This document shows, in pieces, positions 39,501 to 54,285 of a DNA stretch of 64,000 nucleotides (position 1 is the first letter of the stretch; every line of letters begins with the position of its first letter). Location: assembly GCA_046563655.1 (NCBI GenBank), contig CM102284.1, positions 7,502,001 through 7,566,000 on the forward strand, read 5' to 3'. Source of the DNA: Yuukianura sp. NJ FZ-2021 (Eukaryota). The notes below the pieces were generated by a model. The model did no database searches and was not told where the DNA came from. It worked only from the letters and a program-made list of their open reading frames with translations. The translations under genes were made by a program, and so were the position numbers.

Positions 39501-42500
39501 ATGTCACGAACAGTTTCACAAAGAACTCTGAAAACAACGAAATTAATTAAAAATTAATAATGAGCATTCGCTTGGAAAACGAAGTGTGAATGTTTAATAA
39601 AATCATTTTGAAACTCACTTTGCTGACTCAATGACCGTTTGATTCTGATCCGACTGCAGGATATTCTGGAGATGCGACACTACAGAATCCTCGTACTGTG
39701 AAATCTGAGGTTTCATCGTTCCAGTTCCATCAGGCAGACTCTGTCCTTGACTCATACTCGGTTTCAGAAAAACTCCGCGTTCAAATGTCATGACAGACCA
39801 ACGATCCAGCATTTTCGTCGTGGCCTTCTCATATTTCTCAAGCAAATGTGGCAAATTAGCATCATCATCACAGGACGCTCCCCAGCCTAGAACTCTCGCC
39901 AAATCGTTTCCTGTTCCCAGAGGCAGCACGCCAACTTGGCATTGACGGTGCATTGACAGCTTGTCAATCTCACTCATTACCCAGCCTACGGAACCATCTC
40001 CACCACAAACCAGAATACGGAATGGCTCAAAGTGTCTGAAAAACTCCAGTCCACGTCTCGGCCCACCTAAAATCATCAAAGGTCAATGTCAATCAGTGAT
40101 CATAACTTAATAGCACAAAACCAAATAAAAAATGCTTCCAGCATCTGGTCGGATCTGACTCACCATTCATCAGATCAAAAACTTGAGCAGGATTCAGCAA
40201 CTGTTTGAATCTCCTGAGGAATTTTAACCCCTGATGATCTCCTGACTTGGAATTTACAAAAACCAGGAGCGGAGAGCATCCGGCCAAAGAACGTGAACTC
40301 TCCCACGCATCATCATTTCCTGAAAAGTTCAAACATAAATCTAGTCAATTGGGACTTGGATTTTAATTAATCCGAAAGCACAACCACTAAAACCGGAAAG
40401 GTTACAACTGTCAGTTTCTCTTTTTCTAATGTTCACTCACCTATCGTATGTAGAGCAGTTCTAGAAAGTACAAAAAAAGAACATTAGTTAATCAGAACGC
40501 TCTGAAAATCAATTAACTACAAAGACTTACGGTGGAACTATACTAATTCTTCCAACTGGACACTTCTGACACATGATAGGTTTGCATGCAGTATGCACGC
40601 AGACACGACACCATAAGCATCTCAGATCCTGCAGTCTGAAACAATTAAACAGCAAACATCCATTATCGTGCATCAATTTCCTCCCACTTTCACCAAAAAA
40701 CTTTTCAGAAAATCGTTTTTTGACGTCAAAAATTCCATAATTTTTTTATTTCATTTTTACCTCAATACAGATCCACACGTCCTCTCACAAACTTCGCATT
40801 TAGCCGAAACTGGAAGATTTCCTTCCAGCCACTGATGCGGAAGAGAAAGTGTCTGTAAAAAAAAACACAAATACATAAAATTTGCAACTTCTCTTTGCAA
40901 AAGTTGCAACTTTGCATTTTTGCAACTTACGCCATCAATGTCCTCAATTATGTCTTTGCCCATTGAAGCCAACGTCGTCCACTTGCAGTTATTAATAGCC
41001 TTCGCTGCACATCGCTTATGAGCTTTAAATTTGCAAATTTCACAGCTCAGTCCTTGAGACGTCACCCCTGAAAACAGTCACAAAAAAAACCCCGGATTTT
41101 AGCTTTTTTTTGAAAGCTGCCACTCTAACAATACGTTTATTATTTGCTACGTTTCCTTCCTGTCATTTTCTAAAGTTAACTTTTGCTTTCTCACAAATGA
41201 ATGGCTAAAGTCTTCTTTTCAGAAAAACTATTTAGAACGCTGCTGGAGCAAAAGTAAATACGGAAATAGGAAAATTATGGTCTAAAATAGACCGAAGGAC
41301 GCCTACGTTTCCCCCTTCCCTTGCCAAAAATAACTTTTGCCATTTTTTGTAATCAACTTGCCAAAAAGTCGCATCACTTTCAGGACTTTCTCGCTCTTTA
41401 GTCTCTTTAGATGCTAAACAGATGCGTTCTTAGTCAAACCAAAAAGTTAACTAGAAAACAGCAATCCACAAATCTTCCGGTTTCAACACACAACAGCAGT
41501 CTAGCAGCTTTTTATACCTTTTCAGTAAACAACATTTGCGAAAAAGTGGTTTTCAAAAATTACAGAAGCAAAAAGTACAATGGGAAACTACCTGCCAAAT
41601 GCGTTTTGCCAATTTTTCATAAATTGGACTTCAGCAATAAACGTAATATGTTTTTCGCAAATGTCGAAAATAATCAACTAAAGTTGAAGGTTATTCTCAA
41701 CATTCCAAAAATACTTCTGTCATCTTCATCCAACATGATATTTCTCTTTTCAAAAATCCAATTTTCATCTCTTTCTTTTTTTCATTTTTCCGAAAATAGT
41801 TCAATTTAGTTTTCAAATTACACAATTATGGTAATGAAAATATTTTTTCTGTTTCGTTTCATAACTTCCAGCCAGCCCCATTGTCCCCGTTTTCGATAAC
41901 TTTAAAAATTGAAATTCAATTCAAATTTTCAATAAATTTTCATGTCAGGTTTACTTTAAGAGAACAAGATAAAGAAAGAAGAGAAAGTATGCCTTCCTTT
42001 TCATTCATGAAAACTTAAATCCAATGTAGAAAAGTTTGAGTAATAAATGCAAAATTTTGTAAAATGGGAATTTTTTTTTTAAACTAGGCCACAAAATGCG
42101 ACCTAGAAACCACTCAGCATGTTTTTTTTTCAATCTTTTCAATAGAAAGTAGGCGGGAGAAAGTAAAATAAAAAAAAAACTTCGTCTTTTATGGTTTTTT
42201 TTTCTGTCGTGAGTATTTTGACATTTCCATTTCTCTTATTCCTTTCCTTTTCTCTTCTTCCGCTTCCATGTAAGCATTAACTTACTTTCAATTTCCACAA
42301 AGGAAACCAACCTTTAGCAATTGTGGAGAACTTAGAAGAGAGTCATTTTGATTTCAAAAAATGTTCAATTTTTTTTTCAAAATGCCATCTGAGCCCAAAA
42401 TGAAATTACAAAGACTTACCACAGAGTTGGTCTCTACAGACGTTACAGTAGGTTGGACGAGCGTGAGATGTTGCGTACCAGACATGACTTCCGGCAAGTA

Positions 42501-45500
42501 AATTGGAATGATCCCCAGCCTAAAACGAAAAAGTAACAACAAACAACTAGGTTAGTTTTCTGTTTACTTGAGTGTGTTGAAAACTGGAAAAGAAAATAAC
42601 TTTACAAAAATCATAACACAAACACCATGAAAGAAAGTTATAATTACAAGCATCAGCAGTCTCAAAACCACAACTTTATTTTCACAAAAAGGAAAAAAAA
42701 ACGAATCTCAATTCTTTTCATTCGAGATTCTTACTGTCTGTAACCCAATTTTTGAATCCTTCGCCATAATTTCAATCAAAAAACCAATTTTTCTTCTAAA
42801 CAAGTCATTTCGAACTTAGTACGGAATAATTCATGCGAAAATCGGAAATCAATTCACAAGTCGCAAGTCCTTGTCAACCTGTCGAAAAAATACAATAACC
42901 TTGTTGTATTTGACCTTACCTCGTAAAAATTGGAGTCACTGGCTACCCTGATGACATGGACCCATTCATCCATGACCGTACGTGACTCCGATGCCAACAT
43001 CAGCGTTCGATACGGTGTAATCACCTATTCAAAACCAAAAACCAATCAAATCATTAAGGCGATCAATCAGCCTACGACTAACCTAAAGTACCTTTCTTTT
43101 CACAAAAACTATCAATTTTAAAAGTCCCAGTAGCACCATAGCCCATGTTTTTCATGACCTTGGTCAATTACTATCTTCATCACAGTCACAGTCCAATTGA
43201 GCCAAGTCCCAGTCAGCACTTTGTCCTGCCTTACCCTCTGAGGGCTCATGTCACGTTTCCACAAAAAGCACATTTCCTCTTACACTGTGTCGTGATCCAA
43301 ATCCATTAGTAATTCTACTCTCCTATCCATTACATTCTGCACCAACCCAACACAACCTGCCAAGGTTCTTAAACCTCAATTGCCCTGCCCATTGCGAACG
43401 CATCAAAAAAAGAAGGTTCACTTTCACTTCCAATTCCAGTGGGATTCCTCCGAGTTCTACTTCGATTTCATCAGGCCGCTTCAGTTCCCATTACACAGTA
43501 ACCACACAATCACACAAAAAATGAAATGGAAAAAGAACCCGCCACAATTCGATCGAGAAACGGTGTATTTCTCTACAAAGGTCAAAGGTTAGCATGGCAA
43601 AGCGTCTTCTTACCGTCAAATCTCACGGTTGCAAAAAATCCCCATCCTAAACCAAACGAATTTTGAAAAATATCTAGTAAGACAGCCAGCCAGCGGAGAA
43701 AAGGAAATTTTGAGCTTTTCGTTTTTCGAAATCTGCATTTTGAAAAGTATAGCCTAAAAAATACTTTCTCCTGCCTTAATATTAAGCTGAAGATTCAGTA
43801 AAACTTAAATCCTGTGCCAAATCCTAACTTCCACTTCCGAATCCTACTTCCTAGGAAAAAGTAATTTCCACTTTCACCAGAATTTCAAAGATTGCTTTAA
43901 CACAGAGTAAAAGTAAAGCCATGAGATCTGGATCGTCATCTTTACTTACTCGATTAGTCATGTAGCACCCTCCGTTACATAAAATAACCTCCCACACATC
44001 ACACAAGAGACGCTTTAAGGAGGATTCCAACTTTTAGAAAAACGACTTATCCTTATGACTAAAGGTCTCATAAAAGTCACTACTTTCTCTCCCGCTTCCT
44101 TTTAACTTTTTCATTTAATCCACTCATCGTCATAAAAACATTTTTCAAAAAAACAGAAAAGAGGCGCATCTTAACCCAAGTGCTCCAAAAAGTCAACTGA
44201 ACCGCCCAAAATCAAAGTTATTGCTTGCACAAAAGAAAAAGAAGCCGTTTTTACTATTTTCCGCTACCCCGATTATGAGTGTCTCCCTTCAGCATATTAA
44301 CATTTTGGCACAAGTTCAAGCTTTTTCCGTATTTACACATAAGAAACAACGAAAACGGAAAAGGAAAAATGAAAAAAAGATCTAAAAACTTAACTTTCCG
44401 CATCATTTTTTAGTCCCTAAAGCTACTACCATTACCATAGAAGGACTCGGCGGATCTCCTTCATCGCAGTTTTTTGTGCAAAACAAAAACTTTTTCGCTG
44501 TTGATAATCGGAAATTGGTTGGTTGAAAGTGAGTGAAAGCACCGCAGTCAGAAGCGCCGTCACAACACTCAAATGAGCTTCCAAAACCCTCCACCGAAAA
44601 AAAAAATTGTCACTTCGTCACTTTCTCTTTTGTACTTTTTTAACAAAATTGCACCAAAAACGAACAACCGAAAAACAAGTCTTTTGCAGGCACCTCGTTA
44701 ACTTTTAAATAGCAAAAATTCAGGACATTCTCTTTGCGCATCCCAGCAAGACGTAAAAACCTCAATCTAAAATGGATAGATCATCCAATATTGCTACGAA
44801 AAAAAAGAAGTAACAAAAATTTCAATATTCAAATCGTTTTTCACCGTTTGAAGATACAGAAAAGCAGAACTATCTCCCCTACTTTCTATAGTTCGTTATC
44901 TTCTACTAACGAAAAGTTAGTAGAAGATATAATTTATATTCTCTCTATAATTTTTTTTTCATTTTTTTAAAAAATTTTTTGGAGCTTCCAAAAAGACAGA
45001 AAAAGTAGCCTTTGACCTGTTCCCCGCTACATTTTTTGTCCTTGCTCTTGCTCTCCCATGGCCAAGGACACTTTCATTACTTGCTCTAAAAAGTGAAAAT
45101 GTAAAAAACAGAAAAACAGGGTTAAAAACATTTTCTCCCAGAACACGTTTCTCCTCCCTGACGTAGTACTGCTCACTCGGGATTTCAAATTTCCAGGGAA
45201 AGTTCAAACGAGTCCCACATCTCTCCACTTACCAAAAATTTCAAGAAAAAAAAAAGAAAGCACTTTCTCTGAAAACCACACACGCAACTGACAGTTCCGT
45301 TTCACTTGTTTCAATTTCCTCCGAAACTTTTAGTCTCTACAGCACTTTTGTCTTTTTCGAAAATAAAATTCTCAAAACATTTTGTCTTTTTCGACAAACT
45401 GCTTAGCCTATTTACTTTTACCTTGAACTGTGATGCCGTCAGCAGTAACCGGTCACCAACCTCTTCACATTCTTAAGTTTTAGAAAACACTTCAAGTGTA

Positions 45501-48500
45501 TTGAGATTTATTCCCTTCCGTGACAATTCCGTGACACCAATTCCGCAATTCCCTGAAACTTTTTCTTCCTTAAAAGCCTCATTTCAACTTCCCAGTTCAA
45601 ATTCGCACGAAAAGACCTCAAAGTCATAGTAGGCTCTTGGGAAGTCGTCTACTGTTTTCGCAATCTCATCTTGCGAGACGGTACTATCCTACGTTATTTC
45701 ATGAACAAAAGGAAATGGACAACACAAACAACTCTAAAGGAAACGCAGAAACGAAACAGACTTTCTATTTTGCACCGAACCAATCAGATTCAAGCAAACA
45801 AATTCCGCCTTTGTCCAAATTCGAAACAATAGATTTCAATTTACGAAGCCAAATCTCTCATCGTCATCAGCGTCAGCACGTTTGAAGGTCACGGTAGATA
45901 TTTTTCCATTCCAATTGGAATTGATTTTCTAATTAAAATTTTCGATTTTATAAGAACAATGTCCCACCTCAGCACAAAATTGACTCCCGTGACATACTAA
46001 CCATAAAATGCAAATTGCTCCACCTTTCTACTTTCTCCTGCCAAAATTATTCACGCAATCGGCATAATCGTAACATGGCTCACAATACAATGTTCCTCCA
46101 ATAAAAAACGTCATGAATATGCAACACTCCGTGAGTGTTCAACTTCAAAAAGAAAACCAAAAGTTTCAAATTGCGACAAACTTTGAAAAAAAAAACGAGT
46201 TCACCAGATTTAGATTTCAGACTGAAAATGAAATCTTTTCGATTACTAAGTTTCAATTTCCAAACAACTTCAAAGTTTGTTCAAAAGAAAGCTAACACAA
46301 ACAGACTCTAGAAAAAAAAGTTAAAGTAAAAAAAAAGTTTCCAACTTCTCTAATCATCCCAGTGTAATCCAATTTCACAAATTACTTTCTCTTTTTACAA
46401 AAATTTGCCAAAATAGCACTTTTCTTTTCAAAATTGGATCTCCCTTGATATCCAATTATTGAAAAGATTCAAAAATCTTCGTCATAAATTGCTTTTTTTC
46501 ATAAATTTAACTTTTAGCCAAAAGTAAAAACCATGTAAAACCGTTCAACGTGAAACCAATTTCAGCAAAAAAAAAAAAGAAAAGAAAAAAGATTCTTTCT
46601 TTGCAGTAAGTTTCAGGCTAGTCAGTTTTACCCGCACGAGCGTGAAAACTTTGTTTCAACGAACTAGATTTTTGAAAAAAACCTAAAACTAAAGTAAGAA
46701 AAGAAAGCTCTAGCGACTAAACTTTTTTCTGAATTCCACAGACCTTAATTTTTCTGAGAATATGAACCTCGTGTCTTACACTTCTCCAATTCCACATTCT
46801 AGGACAAACTATTTCCCAAGGAGGGCAAGGTGGATTACCGTCTCCATAAAAGCAGCAAAACAAAAACTAGCAAAACTAATTTGTCTGGATACAATTTTGC
46901 AAGTTCCAAAGCTCCTGCTCCACTTTTACTAAAAATCTTACCACAAAACCTTCGAAATTTTGAATCCCTTAAGGCTTCCTTACAAACTAGATTACTCATG
47001 CGCCTCTTCGTTCATAGAAGCCTAACAAAAATCTAACCCAACACAACCCATAGCAAAAAGTCCAACAAAAAAAAAGCATTCTTCGTCACGAATTGAACCG
47101 ATTCCAAAACCTCATCAAATTTTGAGTCGCAGAACAAACAAACAAAAAAGGAAGGAAAGACGTCAAAAGCTTTCGTGTCACAGTTACAGGCTACGCCTAT
47201 AAAGAGAAAAGCCCGAGAAAGCGAGTGAGAGTGGATTAAACCTTTGTCATATATTCCATATGCACTTCATCTGTTTTCGAGACATCGGAAAACACCCGGG
47301 TAGCGATGGATACCAGGGTAGCAGACTGCCGTAGTTGAACAGACTCACAAAAATATTGAATCATAAAAAGAAAAGCTTGTTTTCTAATCGGATTAGACTA
47401 ATAACCTCTCTCCGCCCTTTCACCAAAGGCTTCCAGTCCATTTCTCAAGGGGATTGCAACTTGACGCAAAGACAGTTGGGTAGCAACTCTATGCTTTCTC
47501 TAGCATGACCTAACCTTATTTTTTGATAACGTAGGGAGCAGCATACCCTAGCTTTTATAAAAGAACAAACTCCTGTCAACCAAACATCCAATTTCGAACT
47601 TTACTGAACGAGGACGCGGGAATTTTTGATTGGATGAAACGCTCCTTTGAACCTCTCTCCGCTCAAATCCCCAATGACTCAAATCAACTTTCTCTTTTTC
47701 CAAGCCTTCCAACTTTTCCACAGCCAAAAGCCAATGACAACTTCAGCGACAGTCAAAAGGACCCACGACAACTTCAGCGACAACCGTCGACAATATACAG
47801 CGAAAGAAGTCCATTCAACTATCCTGATACAATAATGAACCCAGAAGCCTTGCCAAAAAATAATTATGTGACATTTAAGCCAAAATCGTCTAATTTTATA
47901 CATAATTTTAATCATTTTTGATTTGAAACGCGAGTTAAAATCTGTTGGAAAAATTTCGGCACCGTTTTTTTTTCGGTGATTTCAATTTCGCTAAAATTGC
48001 TTTCTCAAAAAAAAAAGTTCTTCCAGACAACCACGTGCCCCAGGGAGGAGACGCTAAAGGAGGACACGTACGACACGTTTCTATCTCATTCCTCTAACAA
48101 AATCATCTTCATTTACTTTTCATCTTCCACGGGGAACTGGGGAACTCATTTTCCAAGCGTTTTCAGAATTTCAAAAATTCAGTTTCGAGGAAACTACACT
48201 TGATGAAGTCACTTCAAAAGTCTTCAAAAAAAAAAACTACTTGACACACATTTGACAAATGAACTCTCACATAAAAGTGAGAAAATCAAAGGTCCCTTCC
48301 AGGAAATGCTCCCATCCTTACAAAAACTTTAGGAACTAAAGACGTCACAAGGTGAAAACTACAAAAACTTTCGTAAGAGCTTTTGTAACTTAAAAATCCA
48401 ATAATAATCTTTCGAACTAGGAAACTTTTCGTTCTCCAGAAGAAAAAAACAATAATGCAAGCAGAATTACACAACAAGAACAAATTGGGTCGCTTGCAAC

Positions 48501-51500
48501 GACAACTTTTGTTGTCCAAAGTTATAATTTCGTTTGAATTTTTAAATTCAACAAACTTTTTATCAAATAAGGACCTCAACTTGTTCAAAATAACGAACTT
48601 GCACAACCAAACTTTTTAAGGGCCACTCTACTGTTGAGTCTCGACTTTCTCCGCTCAGGGACAAACTTATGCACGTAGGCTACCAACACGTAACATAGCT
48701 TAAGTTTAGTTTGAAGTAGGTTAAGCTTATGTTACGTTAGTTTTTAGTCCTAAAGTTTAAATTAATGTAAAAACTTATAAAGCTTAGGGAGTTTGGGCTT
48801 ACCTGAAAACAATGCTTGAAAGATTTGGACGTACTTTCAGCCAGGGTCACCTCTGCCAGAGAAATCTCATCAAAGATTTGCGCCTGAAATTACAAAAAAA
48901 AAAAGAAGCAATTTTTCAAAAAAACAAATTAGTACTGGAAAAAAATTTCAAAAATCTACCCGAAAAGAAAAGTTTTACAACACGAAACTTCCCAACTAAC
49001 TTTCACCATCAATTTTCTCCCACAAAAATTCACGCTCTTAAGTATCTCCCTTTTTCTCAGAAAAGTCGGAAATTGCAGAACAAAACAAAAAACAAAGTAA
49101 AACTTAATTCAATTTCCAAAGAAATTGAAGTGAAAAAAGTATCTGAGTTGATGCAGACGCTTTCGACTTAAGCTTTCTGCTTTCTCCATGACGTCATCGT
49201 CCTATGGCTCACTCCACTTTCCCCAGACAGAAACGTGATAGGCAACAAATTTTCAATTTTTGAAGCCATCAGTCTACCTCAATTTCCTTCTCTTTCTCTC
49301 CATTTCCATGTTATTTGAGAGTCTGAGAAGCTTAGAAAGGTGTCACTATTTCTCGGTTTTACGGAAATAATTAACCGTGACATCCTAAGCTCCTCTTCCT
49401 CCCAATTTTTAAGCTCCCAACCACATTTACTTACACTTTACACAAAAACCTACCACCAACAGCGCTTTAGTTAGTAACTACGGCGCGTGCCAAGGTGCTT
49501 TTCTAAAACAAGAAACACAACGGCTGCTTCCGTGCCTCGCTGAATTTGTTCCTGTCAAATTCCTTTTCCAAAACAATCGAAATAACGCGCCATGAAAATA
49601 AATAACCGAAACAGTTTTCTGTCAGTTATACTCCGTTTCTTCCCTGAAAAAGTGCAAAGATCTTCCAAAATCAACATTCTTGCAAGAAAAAAGTTGGAAA
49701 TTTGTTCTCAAAACTCATTACAGTTTAGTTTGTGTTTTTGTAGGCATGTGCAGAAAAAGTCCAAACAGTTCAGTAATTTTAGATTCGAGCCCAACCACTC
49801 TCCAACTGGATGCCGCAGTACTTTCACTCTGTAAATATTGACAACGGAGACTATCAAACCAATCTTCACTAGAACTAACTGAACTTCTGGTCCTAATCAG
49901 CCCCCTATCTACTATGTCTAACACCAAATAATAACATTACTCTACCAACTTTCACTACAAATACAACTCCAAACTCATAACAACCACACTCTCCAACTTT
50001 GAATCGAACCCACAGCCACTTCCATTTTGAAGGTCGTCCTAACCTCCTAGCAGTTGGCCCTTCAAACATAAATATTTGACAAAAAAATGTAATCACAAGA
50101 AGATCAACAAACTTTCACTACATCGAAAAAGCTCCGTTAAAAAAATTCACTGTTTTTGGAGCTTGACCTTTTGAAAATCGCGTGTGTTACACACGCCATG
50201 CCTTCGGCGGGACACAACTTTCTCTACGTACTTTGAACAAGTGCCAAAAAATTCATTTTTTCTACTTTTTCGATAAGAACAAACTTTATTTTTCGTTATT
50301 TTTGCGTGAAATCATGCAAACTAAAAACAAGGTTAGTAGTAACTTCGATTTTCCAATCTAAAACTTATAACTTCCTCAACCGGCACGTGTCGGACTCACT
50401 ACAAATCCATTAGCAAAAGTTTCAAAAGCAAAAAAAAAAATCCCATCCAAAAAGAAAAAGAGAAAAATCTTTAGCAAAAAACATCGTCTCCACTCCTCCC
50501 TTCAATCAAGCTTTTATAATTCATCATTCCGAAAAAAAAATCCTTCATTTTTCACAAAGAAGAATCTACGCGTCTCCGTCTAGTGCCTTAAAACGTTCAC
50601 TAAATTTTTTGTTCATGCCAAAATTTCTTTTTCGCTAGGGTTTTACACTTACACTATAAACCTACGCCTAAGTGAAAGTTTACATCGTAATTCCATTACT
50701 CTTTCAAAACTACTATCTCATTCACAGATCACGGGATTCACACATTCACGTCATTCCGAAGTTGTCATTCCTCCAAAAACAATAGGGAACAGACAATTTC
50801 GTCTAAAATTTACTACTATTATTATTATTTATATTATTATACATATTACAGAAAATATCAACAACACCAAAATCGAAACACTTTTATCTCTACTAGTCAA
50901 GAAAGTGAAAGTGACGTCACCTAAGGCATGGAGATTGCTTGAATGCCCATTACGTTTGAAGTTTGACATAGTTTCCAAAGAAATCTTCGCCAAAAAAGTA
51001 TACTTTCTGCCAAAAAAAATGTCTCTGGAAAAGATGAAAGCAGAGACAAAAAAAAACTGAGAAAGGAGGTTACGTTTGGCGTACATTCACCCTAACTTTG
51101 TATCCAAAATTTAATGCTTCCCGTCTCCGTTTCCAAACAGTCCCACAACTTTCTCTTGCCCTAGTGAAAACATTTCTCATCTTCACTGTCTCCAGTCCAC
51201 TTCCTATTAAAAATCATGTCATCGCCCTTTTACTTCCTGCTTCCCATCACTTTCTTCATAAAAAGAGAAAGTTGAAAGCCTTCCAGCTTTCTCTTTGACC
51301 CTATCACAAAAATGGCGACCGAGTTGAATAGACTCCCCATTTCAGTTCAGTCTACACAGAAAAGATTATTTTTTCTGGTTTCAAAAAATGCTTTTCCCAT
51401 CTTCCAATCTTTTCTCAAAAAAAATCTCGTGTCAGAGATGAGTTCTGAGACCAATGGAATTTCATTTGCTCTTTTCTCCCATCCCTCTCAGCCTCTAATT

Positions 51501-54285
51501 CACACCAGACAAAAAAGAAAACGAGAAAAAAATCCCGTTCAAGATAAGAAATTTAATACGTGCTTTCTCCTCAAACTTTTTCTCTCCTTTATCACCATCT
51601 TCATTCACTTTTACAACCATACCAACATGTCTTTTTTTTTCAAAAAATTCCCCACAAAATTGAAAATTTCAATCTCCCCAATCTTTTTCGCTTCGTTTGA
51701 GCTTAACCTCAACCACGTTCCAAGCCGCAAGGGAAAGTTAACTCAACAAATGGAATTTCAAAAATTGAAGAACGAAATTCTGAAATGAAAAAAAAAAAAA
51801 AAGGTACTAGCAACGACCTGCAGCGAGGTGAAAGTTCGTAACCTTACGTTCATTTTTTATTCATGAATCATTCTGATCCATTTTAAAACTAAAAGTCTCA
51901 TGTCGAAATTACTTTTCCAAATTCGAAATTTGAAATTCCTTTTTTTCTTTTGTGAAAGGAAAGTAGCCAGAGCGTGTTCCGTTCATGAAAAAGTACATCA
52001 ATTCTTAATCAAACGGATCCTGCCCCACGTTACTCGTTCTCAAAAAACTAACTTATAGCAGAATCTTCCATTTTCTAACTTCTGAAGTACGCTTTTTACG
52101 AGATATAACCTCACATAACCTTCGTTTTTCATGAATTTATCCATGGAAAAGTGGAGAAAGTAGCGGAAAACCCATCTCATCCATAATTCATCACTCCAAA
52201 CGTTGTTTAGAAACGGAAACAACGAGAGAAAAGTGAAGTGAAAGTAAAACAAAATACACAGATCACTATCCTTAGTAACTGCTCCACAAACTTCATTGTA
52301 TTCTTCAAAAAATATAGGTTTTTGAGAAAATGAATACAATTTGATCTCTCGTTAAAAAAAAAAGACAACAAAAAACTCTGGCTCAAGCAAAATCTTCCTG
52401 AGAACAAAAAGAAACAAGGCAACATTTGGCTTCTTGGGGTTCAAATTCAGCAGCATTACTCCTTTCACATTCAAAATTAGAAACGTTAACATTTTTCGAC
52501 AATTTATAAAGAAAATTCTCAAACATATATCCATACATTCAACATTTTTTAACACCCAAATGTTTTTTTTACAATCCAAATGGTCCCTGATCTTGAATAC
52601 AAAATTCCAAGAATATGAAGATACACAAGGTCTATTTTCTTTCAGATTTGCTCAATTTCCGTTTTTTCAAATTTCAAAAAAAAAGAGATTTTTTTAAAAT
52701 ATCGATCTAGAAGATCCTCCTGAACCAAAAACCGGAAATTTTTACTGGGAACATGACATTCGCATATTCGTAAAGTCCCTGTCAAGCCTCCCCCGAAACT
52801 CGTAAATCAAATGACAATGTATTTTAGGAATTCCAAAATTCAATTTTAAAAATTTCAAAGTTCAAATCTACATTCAAACTCCCTCAAACTTCGTGACCTC
52901 CGTGACCTCTGCCTTAGCACCCCGAGGTCATTCACCTCCATCTCAATTTAATAGCATTCCCAGAATCAATTTACTGCATAAACTTTCCTTTTCAAAAAAG
53001 TTTTGTATGAAACAAGCAACTTATGAATAAAAGACGCCAACTATCCCATGCTGTGCAACTTTTTCAATAAACAGAACAGCTACTAAACCCATTTCTTCAA
53101 AAAATAGAATCTAAACTTACTTTTATACATAAAACGAAAAGAAAAACATAAAATCTTCCATCATTTCAGCCTTTTCCTTTCTAAAAATTTCTCTCTCAGC
53201 GGGAGAACAATCAGTCTTCATTTCAGAAGAAAGAAAAAAATGCACAAAATTACAACAACAGAAGCCTTAATTTGAAAAACTACTCAGAAAAATTTCAATT
53301 TCTTTCTTACCAGCTTTGACAGGTTTAATTTCGCAGCTCTGGAGCTGCTTTCCGCTCGTTTCCCTCTTTTTCAAAAATTTCTATTCCAGTTCGGTCAAGT
53401 GACCTCAAAATTTCGAAAAACTGTTTCTGCACTTAAAAATTGCAGTCAAAATCGGTTTCAGAGGTAGAGCAGGTCGGAAATATAAAAAAGTTTGCGGCGT
53501 GGCAAGTTCGTCACTTGCGGTTTTCACTTTTGTCGGCCACGTGATAATTTGCAACCGATTCGTCGGATTTTGGTTTCTGGTTGTGGAAGGCTCACGTTTG
53601 CAAAAAGCCAAACATTTTGCAGAAATGTACAAACTCTAGTTGTAAAGTTTAAACTTTTCACTCTAGAGCGCCTAACTTTGAAAAATGTTGTGACAGTAAT
53701 ACGGAACTTCTAGAAGACTCTATAAAGACAACCGTCTGGTTCAAGAACCTAAAGCGAACTGATGCCAAGCGGGAGACCCGGGAGTGGATTTATTCCTCAA
53801 CCGAAAACCGAAAGCCGCTTCCACTCCAGCTACCTCCCAAAACTACCCGCATTCTTCCCTGACTGCCTTTCCCCCAACTTTTCCAACCTGCCTCGTGTCC
53901 AAACACTGCCTACTTTTCTAAAAACACAAACTTTTGTTCAAACAAGCCAATTCACGTATTTAAAACTTAGGTTTTAACAAACTTAATTTTTCAGTTTTGC
54001 TCCATTTAAACGCCAACAATCAATTTTCAAAAATATTCCATGATACTTTCCCCAATAACCAAAAAGTTAGCGGGTGCTCCTCATCCTTCTTTCAGCAAGC
54101 GAATGTTCAGAATCAAAATTTTGAAATAATTTTACCAAAATCAAATTTTTTGCAGTTCAAAATTTAGTTTGGCTTACCTTTTCATGTTTAGCGTAGAAGA
54201 GTCTGCGTCCTTTGATTTTAAAGTAGCGTCGATGCCATCGCTGGAACGAACTTTGTTTCATCAGGTAACCTTCCTTCAAGCTCAC
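36591..54285 (-). CDS. DGKH: Type II diacylglycerol kinase (eta/delta: PH, C1, C1, split catalytic domain, SAM); first coding exon not located
   Basis: PH exons 54285-54178 ([19 protein letters not shown]), 48883-48803 (IFDEISL), about 43024-42920 (VITPYRTL). C1 exons 42519-40531 ([26 protein letters not shown]). Catalytic [46 protein letters not shown] ending [15 protein letters not shown]; stop at 36591. Confidence 0.93.
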
